NCBI GenBank assembly: GCA_905178155.1
Contig: CAJINV010000002.1
Location: 8,761,224 to 8,825,223 of the forward strand
Direction: 5' to 3'
Length of the DNA: 64,000 nucleotides
Source: Amoebophrya sp. A120
Lineage: Eukaryota; Protista; Dinoflagellata
A program made the translations under genes and the position numbers. This document shows, piece after piece, positions 31,305 to 43,460 of this stretch. The notes beneath the pieces are model-generated. The model was not told where the DNA came from, searched no databases, and was given only the letters and a program-made list of their open reading frames with translations. How positions within the stretch are numbered: position 1 is the stretch's first letter; each line of letters starts with the position of its first letter.

Positions 31305-32468
31305 TTTACAAGTGCCGTATCCTTTTTGTGTACTCAAGTAAATCTCTATCCGTATCCCTTTCGTCCCTTGTGGTTCGTGGTGTAATTCTAATTCACAGTG
31401 TTCACCAGCACTAATAACGACAGCAAGAGCAGAAGCCGAGCTTCAGACTCGTCGAGAGAGAAGCAAGAAGAAGAACTTGCGGTGGAATACTGTCTCAAAA
31501 ATATTTACTTCGCTACTAGCAAAACACCCTTCATCATCCACAAAAAGAGCACTGCCACACTATGCTATGTTGATTCCAGTCAAATTCAAAACGAATACAC
31601 AGATAGGTAAGTCCGAAGCAAAAAGAAAGCGGACTGGAACTACAACTACAACTACTACTGAGCAGCTTCTGCAAAAGACTATGACACTACGTGGACATAC
31701 TCCACCAGGCAAGTACTATGAAAGTAGCCGACGCGGAAGGTGCAAAGCGTATGTCTTTGGATCCTGAAACCATCGGTGCAGTGGACTTGACTAGTATCTT
31801 GATCGGCTTCTGGAATAGCGTTGATACCTAGCTCAAGACGATCTTCCATGGATAACACCTTTGGGCTACGTACTTCGTCAAGGTCAGGATCGGCATCGGG
31901 GGCATCTCTTTGCGTGGAATAGTGAGAACGTGGCAAAGAGGACAGCAGAACGAAGCACTCGAACACCCTAGTTAAGAGGAAACCAAAATGAAATTCCACG
32001 CCGTAGCAGTAATTTCATTCCATGCCGCAGATGACTCACTCTCGTGTCGATCGCATGAGGGAGTAAATTCTCAATACTTCGTGCATTCTTAATTTTTGCA
32101 GTCGAGGTCGTCAAATCATGAAGGAGGTCATGGGGTCGCTTTGAGATAGGTGGAGAATACTAAAGATTCATTTCGACTTCACTTAGGTAGAAGGGCCAGC
32201 ACTGTGTTGATTGTAGTAGCTACATTCTCATCAACGCATATACTGGCATGACATTCAGGAAATCACTTCACAATATGCTCAACCTGAACTTTTTAGAGTG
32301 GCATTTGAAGCTCCGACACCATACTTGAATCTTAAAACAGGAGCGAAATTGACCGTAAACGAGCAACGAGCTTTGCTGATTTCTCTTACCGTGTGTCGAA
32401 TTCTTGGAATATCAATCAGCAAGACGTGTACCAAAAATTATCCAAACGCTTTGTTGAGTTCCAATTTT

Positions 32469-35400
32469 CTACAAGAAATCCAGTCCATCGTCCTCGCTTT
32501 CGTCCTCTGAGCCATCGCTGTCTTCGTCTTGCAGCAAATCCATGCGGCGAACTTCCACTATCAGACCCTCCATTTCCACCCGGGTGACCTGCACCGGAAA
32601 CTCCGTCCCGGTTGTTACCTCGTCCTTCTGCTTGTTTTCATCGTCATCATTCTCTTCCTGTTTATTTCCGCCTCCGAGTCCGACATGATCGGGAAGAAAA
32701 GCATATGGGAGCCGGCTCGTTCCGGTTATTTTCTGACGGGGAGAGGGAGACGACGAAAGAGCCGTATTTACTTGTATTCCTGATCCTGGCGTAATATTCT
32801 TATCGTTGGCGGCCGGAAGCCTGTTCAACAGAAGTTGGTTGAAAAGTTTGTGCAGGTGAGAGGTACTACTAGTGGCTCGATCCTCGACGCGAAGTTCTGG
32901 TGCAGCCGGTCGTGCGTCTTCATCTGCTAATAGTTGGGTCCAAATTTGTGCCATGGTAATCTCTAAATTCTGCAGGTATCTTTCCTCGTCGTCGTCGCCA
33001 GACGCTGCTAAGCAAGAGCTGCTTCGCGCGTTGTTGCAACTTCCCGGTGCTCCTTCGGCTACAACTTCCGCGGTGGTAGAAGATCGCTCCGTCATCCTCA
33101 CGATCCACCCCGTCAGTGACCTGGAAGTGTTTGGTCCTCCACCGGTGTGATCCTCACTGTGGGTGTGGTCGGAATTTCTTACTATCCTCATCCTCCGAAC
33201 CGCGACGCCGTCGTACAATTGGCCAAGATCCGGTTTCCGCCAGCATTTCTCCAACTCTGTTTTCTCGAAGTGGTCAGCCTGACGGAACAACTCGGAGAAA
33301 TGGGGAGCTTCGGGCGGAGGAAGGTCTTCAGCATGCGCGGGTGGATGGAGGGCTGCGCTTGCCACACCAGGATGTTGTTCGAGGTGTGCCGTTTTTATCG
33401 GAACAAAAAGTTCCTGGCTCTTCTCGACCTGGTGCTGCTCCTCTGCTGCAGAAGATCCCTCCACTGCAACAGCAATACTCGCTCCTACGACAGTAGGATC
33501 TACTACTACTTCCGGTGTACCGTCCAGCAGAGCCGTTTCTTCCACGAACTGGAACTGGGCGGGCGGATAAAACTGGGCTGGTGGGTACTTCAGCTGCGAA
33601 AGTTCTTCCTCCTCCGACTCGTCTACGGCTGCCGAAAGGTTGTCATTGTCTTCAGCCGGCACCGCATGCGGATCCGCAGTGGAGGGTTGAGGGAGAGCCG
33701 AAGAATCAACTTCGGCTGGCAGCTGGTCGAGGTCTCGTGGCGGTTGTTCACCGTGTTTCTCTCCTGCGCTTGCTGTCTCTGCGGTCATTGCTACTGCAGC
33801 AGAAGTTGCAGTGCCCAGCACTAGGTCATCTTCTTTTCCACCGTCTGCAGCCTTACCGTCCTGCAAGGCAGAAGATTTTGTGCGCTTTTTTACATTTTCA
33901 ATCTCGATGTAGGTCCCCTTCTCCTTATTGGCCCACACCTTCTTCGTCAAGGGGGTTCCTCCTTCGCTGGCCGATTCGCATTCAAACACGATCTTTGAAC
34001 TAGCTGCCTTGACGAGTGGCCGTGACTGGTCACCTCCACTACTTCCGGTACTAGACAGTGGCAAGGTTAACGAGGGGGTCTTCGGAGGCTTGGTGGATGC
34101 AATGTTCTTGTTTCGCTCTGCCGAGTTCCGCTTCGAAGCCTCGTCACTCCGACTTGCCGGACGGCTTCTCGTCTTGTCCGCGATGTGCCGTTTCATCTTG
34201 CGCCGCAGCTTCTCCAGGTTCGAGTCCCGCTTGCTCTCACTTTCTTCCAGATCCTTGTCGCCTTCCTCCTCTCCTCTGCGGGTTGCTCGCTGTCTGCTCC
34301 GACTTCGGCTACTTCTTTTGCGCCCGTCCTTGCCCTGCCGCTTATTCGTCCTCGACAGAGAGGCGGCCCGCGACAAGTCATTTGCACTACAATCAGCGGA
34401 GGAGGTCTGCCCTTTCTTCTTGGCTTTCGAGTCGTTCTTCTTCGACGAGTGGCTAGCTTCCATGATTGCCAGTGCCTTTTCCGCCGCAAGCTGCCGCTCT
34501 GCGCGGGAAGTGACTTTGTTTTTCGCGGCGTCCTTTTTTTTCTTTTTCGCTGCAGGGTGCTGTCTCTTGGAGCCCTCACGATTTTTTTTGGAAGATGCCT
34601 TGGACGAGTGATCGCTTGATGTCTCATCATGATCCGAAGAGGAGGATGTTCCTCGCCGATCGGCGTCTGAAGAAGATGATGAACCGCTTCTACTGCCTTT
34701 TTTCGCAGGTCGATTTTTGCTTCCTTTCCTCGCTTTCGCTTTCTTGCTTTTGTCCTTTCCATCCGCGGCAAGTGTGGAGGTAACGCCAGACTTCGAATTG
34801 AGTCTGCGTGATTTGTTCGCCTTCGCTTTGTCACCAGTCTCATTTTTGCTCGTCTTTCTTCGTTTCTTGTCTGCTGAAGTCTTCTTTTCGGCTTCCGAAG
34901 ATCGGCTGCTACTCTCTTCATCGGAGGAACTTGTGAACTCAACACTGCTGCTAGCCCCGCGACGCCGTCGCTTTTTCTTACTCTTATCCTTTTCGCTATT
35001 TTGCGCCGCGCTCTTGTTGCGCTGAGATTTCTTGGAGGTATTCCTCTTTTTATCCTGCTTCTCGGCCACCGCCTTGCGGAGTTGATCTTTCTCTTTATCC
35101 TTCTTGTCGGTTTCGACGTTTTTGCCGTCGTTCCTTGTTTTAGCATTCCTATTTTTCCTCCGGCCTGCTCTTGATACGCTTCGCTCGCTTGAAGAGCTGG
35201 ACAACCCGTCGGAGGAAGAGCTTTTGGATGATGCGTTTCTCCTTCGTTTCTTGTTTGCTCTTTTGCTCGGATCACGATCCCTGCTCTGGTCTTTTCTTTT
35301 CCGGGCTGCTTGCTGGACGCCTTTCTGAAGATCTGACCGGTCGTTCTTTTTGGAGGTCGAACCAGACCGTTGTCTCCGGCCGCGTCGGGGACGTCCGCGC

Positions 35401-38400
35401 GAGGATTGCGAGCGACCGGCGCGAGAAGAGGCATCCCCCGAAGAGCTTGTGCTGCTTCTTTGTCTGTTTCTCCCCCTGGAGCAGTCTCTGCTTCGATTGC
35501 GATTATTTTTCAATTTTCCCGCCTGTTTCGCCTTTGGTGTCGCCCTCTTGTTATCAGGAACAAAACTATTCCTCGATCTCAGGTCATTCCGTCGACGGTC
35601 CTCGTCACCCCCGTGCGGGGAGCGTGACCGTTGCCGTTGCACCTCGCTGCTAGCAGACAATTCCTCCTCCATCTCAAATCTGTTCTTTTCCTCTCTCCTC
35701 CCGCCAAACTGCAGACCGCCCTGACGTCGGCGCGCTTTTTCCTTCTTTAGCCTCAGTTGTTGGAACTTGCTTCTATTTATCGAGCTATTCGGGTTACTAG
35801 TTAAGGCGCTCGCTGCCGTAGAGGCCGTGGTCGTGGTCATGTTGCCATTGGTGTCCCTCTTGGTCGCGTGTTGCTCTTGGGGAAGAATGTAACTTTTCTT
35901 CGGTCCATCTTCCCCACGCTTAATATTTGCGGTTGGACTCGTCGCTCTGGTGTTTGCAGCTGGATCTTGTTCACTATCTTGCACCAACGAAGATTTTCCG
36001 GATTTGTCCGTCACGCAGCTTGGGGTGTCGTCAAGAACCGTCGTCGAGGATTTGTTCAACATATTCGATGTTGAATCCGGACACTTTGTGGATACGTTCG
36101 GCGTGTTTTGGATCATCTGAAGGTGGCCAGAAATCACTTTCACCGGAGCTCCATCTGTGTTGGCACTGCTCGTCGTGGCCACATTTGGCGTTGCGGCTAG
36201 CTGTTTTTCCTTGTTCGCCGAAGCACCTCCAACCTCTGGCGCTGCACCTGCACAAGCCGACGTTGGCAACGGTTGCAGACCGCCCATCCCTGGAAGCGGC
36301 TGCAGGCTCGCCGCGCCCGGAAGAGGCTGCCCCGGCGGGACGCTGGGAGCCATTTTGGTCGAGCTCGGCACGATCGGAATGATCTTCGGAACCGGGAGAA
36401 GCGGATTTGCCATCGTAGGGGGACAAGATGTGCTTGCAGGTGGGGGCACTGTCAGACCGATAGGAAACGGCAGTAACGGATTACCGCCCACCGTCCCCGC
36501 GGGAGAAGAGCGTACAGCAGCTGTTCCAGGCGGGAGTGCGCTTGCTTTAGGCAACGCAAGTTTCACAACGTCTCGCGTGATCTCCTGCTGAGGAGTGGCT
36601 TCATCATCTTCCGGTGAAGCTGCCCCTGTCGTCGTGTTCTCGCTCTTGCCTTGTTCTGTACACTCAACAGCCCCAACACCTACCTGGAGTTGGTTCGAAG
36701 GAGAATTATTCCCCGCCAGTTCCGCTTTTTCCGCTCCTGCAACGGAACCGTTTTCCCCTTTCGAAGAAGGTTTAACATCAAAAGCGGCCTCTGGTTTTTG
36801 GCCTTGATGTTCCTCGCCGTCGTTCTTCGTGTTGTTTTTTCGCCGGTCGCGCGAACAAGACCGTTTGTGACCCTTCCTGCCGCGGGAAGAACTTGTGGAC
36901 CGTTTCCGGCTGACCGGATCCCCGCGCAGTTCGACGTTTCGCCCCCTCGGTCGCGACCCGAAGAACATGAACTTGTTATTCCGGTCGATCTCCTGCAGCC
37001 GCGAATTGGCTTTCTGAATTGCGATCTGGTCTTCCGTCAGAGGTGTACCTGCGTGCTCTCCTGTTGTTGACGTCACAGGGTTCTTGCTGTTCATCATCAT
37101 CCCCGAGGATGATACCGCTGCCCCCGTCGCGGTGACTGCACTGCCAAACGCCGCATGCAGGTCGATCTGGTTTGCTTCGTTTTTGATCTTGTTCGTGTGA
37201 AAAAGCTCCTTCGCGTGCTTTTTGTCGTCGTCGGAGTAATTCGCGCTGGACTCGTAGTCCGAGGGGATGCGATACTGCTCGATCGGGGACTGGTCCAACG
37301 AGGAAACCACGGACTCGATCGGGGACTGGTCGAATGAGGAGTTGTTGTGTTTACAACTTTCGTCCAAGTTGTCCTCCTCGCACGGGAGCTGAATGTGGAG
37401 GGCAGAAGAAGAAGACTTGTCGTCGTTATTTGTTCTCTTGTTCGTGCGGAAGAAGCTCTTCCCGGTTCTCCGGTTCCAGAAGTCGTCGTGGTTGTTTCTG
37501 TTCCGATTCACCGCGTTGTTGTAGGAGGAACTGCTCACACTGCTGTTCCCGACAGAAGAGGAATTCAAGGAGCGGCAGCTGTTCGAGTTCGTCGGCGTGA
37601 TGTACTTGCCCGCGGCGATCAGCTTCCGGATTTCGTCAAAGAAGCAGCTGTTCAGGCAATGCTCGATCTGGTTTTCCTGCGCAAAGTCGATGCAGAGTGC
37701 GGGGAAAAGGTCCAGACTGAAGTCCGGCTTGTCCTGCGTGACCCGGTGCATGATGCCGTGCTCCTTGTAGCAGTCCTTTAAATGCTTCCTTCGGTTTTGC
37801 AGGTCTTTCAGCGAGATTTCGGGCAGAATTTTCCCGGCCGACCCGATGTAGATCTTTTTCAAGCGCAGGGGCGGGTTCTGCTTCGTCAGAAATTCGATCC
37901 ACTGCTTCCGCACCGCGTCGGCCTCCCCGGGTTTTGGCAGCCACAGCTTGAACGGAAGGCACGCAACGGACACGTGATTTCTCTTATTGTTCCGGCCTTT
38001 GTTGTTGTTCGCGTAGGAAGATGAACTCTTGAAGTTTCGCGAGAAAGCCTGTTTTGCGCCCGCGAGGATGGAATCCTCGTCTTCCTCGTTTTCCTGCACG
38101 ATGCGCGGATAGCCCTCGTGGTAGTAGAGCATCTTCAGCATCTGCCAAAACGACTCCGGCAAAACCTGGCCGTACTCGGAATCACTGTCGCTGTCGCTGT
38201 TATTGCAACTGTCCACGATTTTGGTCGTGCCGATCCCGAACACGGCCGTGCCGCGCAAGTCCACGGACCGAACCGGGGACGCAAAGCTGGACATGTAGTG
38301 CAGCAGCGCGGGGAACACCAGGCCGGACACGAGCGGGTTGTCGCAAAATTTGAAGTTTTTCACGTGGACCCGAAAGATACGCAGGAAATCGAGCCACCGA

Positions 38401-41400
38401 ATGACGGCACTGCTGTCGAGCTCGTTGGAAGACAGATCCAGCGTGTTTAGTTCGAAGCTCGGCTTCTGCGGCAGGTGGTCGCCCGTGGTGCGCGAATTGT
38501 TGTTGCTCTCCGTGACGTCCCCCGTTTCCGGGTCGTACCAAGCGTACAGATCGCACACAAACTTGTCCTGTTGTTGTATGATACCGATTTTGTATTTTTA
38601 TTCAATGCAATTTAATGCCAGCAACGACACATCATGGTGCAGTCATTTAATAGCCAATTCTCGAAAAAAAATCGGTCGTCTACAAGCCAGGGTATGTTGG
38701 AGAATGAATACAAGACGGACGTGCGAAACCGAAAAAGCAACAAATAAGGCAAAATAAGTGCAGTACCTTCATGTCTCCGGCGTCCATCATGTCTGGGATG
38801 TTTTTTGGTGATCGGTTCATGACAAACCACGTCTGCACAAACAGCATCACCAGCTTGCTCGCGTTTCGGTGGCACTGGCCCTTTGCCAGGACCAGGTCGT
38901 ACCGGTTGCTGTTATCTCGCTGGACAAACCAGTCCTTTGAGAGCGACCGGAAGATTCTATCGCAGCGGAATTTAAGCGCCGCCAGCTGCTTCTGTGTCTT
39001 CAACGGGTAGGTGAGCTTGTTCGAAGCAGCGGTGGATTTACTGCTGTTTTTGTGGACCTCGTCGCTGTCGTATGCCAACTGCGTTTCAAGCCACTGGAGC
39101 TCCGACTGCGCACCCTGGTCCTTGGCCTTCAAGATCACCGCCGGGAGCTCGCTCGTCGCGTTCGGGTTGGCCGCCGCGAGCTCGAGTAGTTCGGTGAAGG
39201 ATTTGGTCCCCAAAATCACGTCGTAGATGCCGCGCCCAGCGGTGGCCGCGCCGCCAAAGTGGTACGGATGGCTGCAAAGTTGGAAACTGCTCAAGGAACT
39301 CGGGGCGGCACCCCCGGCAGCCGCGCCATACGGATTGTCAACGTGACCGGAAGCAGCAGCCGCCCCGTACGGATTGTCCACGTGCTGTGCCAGCTGCAAA
39401 TTGTTAGAAACGCGCTTTGCCAATTCGACCTCCTGATCGGGCACGGTGGCTCGTGCGCCCCAGGGTCCGATAGAGGGAGAGCACTGTGCGGACTTGGAGG
39501 ATTGAGACTGCTGGTCTGCTTGCACTTGATCTCCAGGATTCCCTGCACCAGCCTCGGAGCAATTGCTCATTCCTGCCTGATCAGCGGTAGTGTAGTTTTG
39601 AAGATGCTCCTGGTCGTGATGTTGGTTGTTCGCCTGCTTCTTTTTGTTCTTTTTCCCCTTCTTTTGAACATTCTGCTCTTGCTGCTGCGCCATCTGCATA
39701 TGCGCCGCCGCCGCCGCTGCCTGGCTCTGCATCAAGTAGTAGGCATTGTAGCTGGGATCCGGGTAATACTGCCCCGTGGCATAATCGTAGTAATGCGGGC
39801 ACCCGGTTTGGTCCCACCAAGTCCCGTTTGCGTCGTGGTAGCCAGCTGCTGCCATACTCGAAGAGGAAGCCGCTGCTGCAGCTCTTTGCTGTGCATACTC
39901 GAACGCCTTCATGGCTTGGTGCGCGCCCGGGTTTTCGAACAAGCTGGCGCCGTTGTTTTTCTTCTTATTCTTGTTCTTCTTCTTGTTCTTATTACCCGCG
40001 CCACCAGGGGCCGCGGGCAAATTCTTCGCGCCAGCAGTTGCACTGCCCGCGTTATTTCGCGGAGGTGGTCCACTTGCACTTGCCACACTTTCCTCGTAGC
40101 TAGCTTCCGGCTCTGACGGCGACGCGATCGAGACTCGGTCCGCGTTCTTGTTGCCTTTTCTCACGAGCTGCTTCTGGCTCGTTTTCTTGCGGAACGACCG
40201 GGAGGTGGGACGTGGTGCGACCTCTTCACTCCTGTCGCTGCTTTCATCCGACAACGAAGAGCGCGACCTGCTTCTGGAGTTGTCGTGAGACCTTCCCCTA
40301 CTGTCTTCACTCGAGTTGCGAGAGCGATCGGAGGAATTGTCATCCTCCTGGGAAGAGGACCCCGATCGCCCTCCTGAGTGACTTTGATTTCTCTTCCGAC
40401 CTTGCCTCTGTTCTCGTCTGCTCTTCGATCTCTTCTTCTGCTTTCTCTGCAGCTTCAGTGTGAGTTTCTCCCGGTCCACCTCCGCGCTTTCGTTTCGACT
40501 TGTTCGCCGCGAAGAGTAGCGAGACCCCCGAGAGCGGCTGTGCGACCGAGATCGGCGGCCGGCATCAGAACAGTCGTCGCGGTCGTCGGTCGCAGCTTGA
40601 GCGTCAACTACATCAGTCGCTTGCATTTCCACTGCTGGGAAGAAGTTTCCACCGCTGGAATTCTGCTGCGCAAGCGTGGCAGGCGGTCTTAGACGAACAT
40701 CCTCGTCCGCACGAACCGACGCTCCTTGCTGCGCGACCGGCTCTATTGGGGCGATCACCGGCGAGGCAGTCTTCGGCACGAGTGCACCAAGCGGGTTCGT
40801 CGAACTAGTGCTGGAAGCCGAGATAATTGGAGGAGCGGGCTGTTCTACCGTCGTGTGCGGACGAAGAGGAACGCCCTTATTCCCAAACGAGGACCCAAAC
40901 GCTGCGCCTGCGTTTGAAAGAACCGCCTTCTGTTGCTGCCCGGTCGGAGTCGCTGTGGGCGTTTTGTTGGCCGCACTGCCGGTCGCTGAGGTGGATACGT
41001 TCTGAATTGCTAGCCCAAGAACGTTCTGCACGTCCGAGTTCGGAGGACTGGGGGCGCCGCTGGTTTGAACAACGGCCTGCTGCTGGTGCTGTTGTTGGGC
41101 GGGAACAACATTTTGCGCTGTTGCGACTTGCGGGGTCGACGTCGCCGTGGTAGTTTGCTCTAATCCGGAAATGTGGTTCATCAAATGCTCCATCTCCAGC
41201 GCGTTGCTTTCCTTCTTGTTCGCATCAAAAGCCGCCGCAGCCGCTGCCACGCCACATGAAGATGTCGTTGGTGCAACATTCGTTGTTCCAGAAGCGCCAA
41301 GAACATTGGTGCCGGTTTCTCCTCGGCCCTGTGCGGCGCTTGCAGCGGACCAGGCGCCCAGCCCTGCGACCGCAGAGCCGAGATCTGCGAAAGGGTCCAC

Positions 41401-42531
41401 ATTGCGGCCCGTGGGCGTATGATGTTGAGCACCACCAGAGGTCGAAACGCCAGTCGCGGATTCCAAATTGAAGTTGTCCAGCAAGTAGCCGCCGGAGCTC
41501 CTGGGTGTTGGCACTTGCGAGGAGCTTACAACATTACCCCCGGTGGTTGTACTAGCAGGATTGTCTAGCATCCATTCCGTCGTTTCGTTCAAAAAATGCA
41601 TCAAATCCCCGCCGCCGCTAAATTGCTGCTGCTGCTGCTGCGAAGGACCTGCTGCTCCCGACGTCGCAGGACAACTACCCTGCTGGCTTCCGTTCGACGA
41701 ACTTCGCGACAGGCCGGCGATAAATCTTGGTGTTTGCTGTCTTTTCGCGGCTTTTTCTTGTATTTTGTCCAGGACGGCCTTCAGCTGTTGATAATTCAGC
41801 CCCCTTTGATTTGCCGACTCCGTTATCGTTTTGATGTTCTGCTTCAGCTGTTCCGGGTCCGCAAACTGGGAAAAATTGATGCTCTGCAAGTACTGCTGCA
41901 GACCCGGGTACCGCTGCGACGGGGTCACATTTCCGCCGTTCATCGGCGTCATACTGTTGTTGCCCTTTCCATTAGTCGGAGTCGAACCCGAAGATCGGCC
42001 GTTGTTCAAGAGAAAATTGAGATTCAGTTGTGCCCCAGAACTGCTCCCCGGCGCCGCGCCGCCCTGCTTCTTGCCTTTTACGCCCTTCATGATCTGAGCC
42101 AAGCGCCCGAGTGTCTCGTGCGAAAGCCCGATTGTTCCTGATCCCTTCCCAGCGGAAGAGGAGGATCCCCCTGAGAAGTTGTGATTATTATTTCCTTTCG
42201 TGTTAATGTTGTTCCCCGGTTGTAGTCCTGCACCGAAACCGCCGATGTTATTCGGATTATTGTTCATCCCCTGCGGATGGTACGAACTCATTGGGGCGGG
42301 CGGTGCCGGTAGTTCGGGCGGCCGATTCAGGGTTACGTTCGTGGAAAATCCGTCGGACGCCGTCGCATTGCCCCCCGGCCGGCAATCCATAAAAACATTC
42401 ACATTGCGAGTAGACAAAGTGTTTTGGCTTGCCCTGATGGTCGTGCCAGGTCGGTTCTGATTTACACTCGGGGGCAGCTGCCAGGAGCCGCTCTGGCCGC
42501 CGTTGAGGTTGAACCGATCGTAGTTGCTCAT
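32469..42531 (-). CDS. Giant (about 3290 aa) protein with an LRR-like region and Arg/Ser/Lys-rich low-complexity regions; 2 exons
   Basis: ORFs 38680..42579 and 32469..38558 join in frame through GT-AG intron 38766-38568 (DMK|DKFVCDL). LRR-like segments LNTLDLSSNELD, FKFCDNPL, VRSVDLRGT. Confidence 0.75.
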
Positions 42532-43460
42532 GGTTGTTTTAATGATTTCCCCCTGAAAACGGACGCGGATTGTTATCAAACTCTATTTTTACACATTTTG
42601 GTTGCGCAACCGCGGATGCGAATCCTTTTCGTATTTCATCGTGAGGCAGCTACGGATTGTAGTTGTTGTCAAGGAAGTGTCTTACGTCGCTTTCGATGTA
42701 GTAACTCGTGGTGTTTGTTTTTCTCTTTTTAAGTGTACAAAACCGTGAACAGAACAAACGTTCGTACGTTGAAAAGGACAGGAATCATCGAAAAATCTTT
42801 CGGATCGGTTTCAGTCTCCAGGGCGTTTTCTTACATCCTTCCTAAAAGAAATGTAGGGGACATAGCTACAATGCTGACAACGGATGTCGTGAAACGTTCT
42901 CTTTATTTTCTACTCATACTAGATGAACGAGAAAGAGACTTGATTACTTTCTGCGAAATACAAATCAATAATTTACAACGCTTCGTCCTGTCTGAATCGG
43001 TGGATTTGGTTTCTTGTCCTCGTTGCAGTTGCATATCTGCTGCCATTAAACTCAAGGAAGGGCGTCACTTTCTAATATATTCATCGGCCTGCAAAGCCGC
43101 GCCAACATTTCAAGATCGTACATTTTGGATTTATTGAAGATCGCTTCGATTTGTCACGGAACCAAAGATAGTGAGTAGACCTGTCAGTATAGGGAAGTAG
43201 CGGTCCCCGTGGTGGAGCAAATTTTCGGATCGATTGGTAGAATATTTCAAAGTTTGATGGATCTCCTCGTAGACGCGAAATTATGCTGATTCACCGACTT
43301 GAACACGACGGCATTCCACATCAGTAAGGTTAAAGTACTTAGACAAGTCACGTTCTTGTGAGACGATTTTCGTTAAAAAAATTTTCATGCGCCAGTGTAA
43401 AAAAATGCACTTCATGTGTCACAGTACAACTTCACATCTACATATTTCAAGTTTATTTTG

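Noticed and set aside
30666-31414. Cys-rich and Leu/His-rich + strand ORFs
   Set aside because: Antisense shadows of the CAG/CAA/ATG repeat gene.
34193-35434. 413-aa overlapping alternative-frame ORF
   Set aside because: Explained by stop-poor purine-rich codons in the RS/K-rich region of the main ORF.
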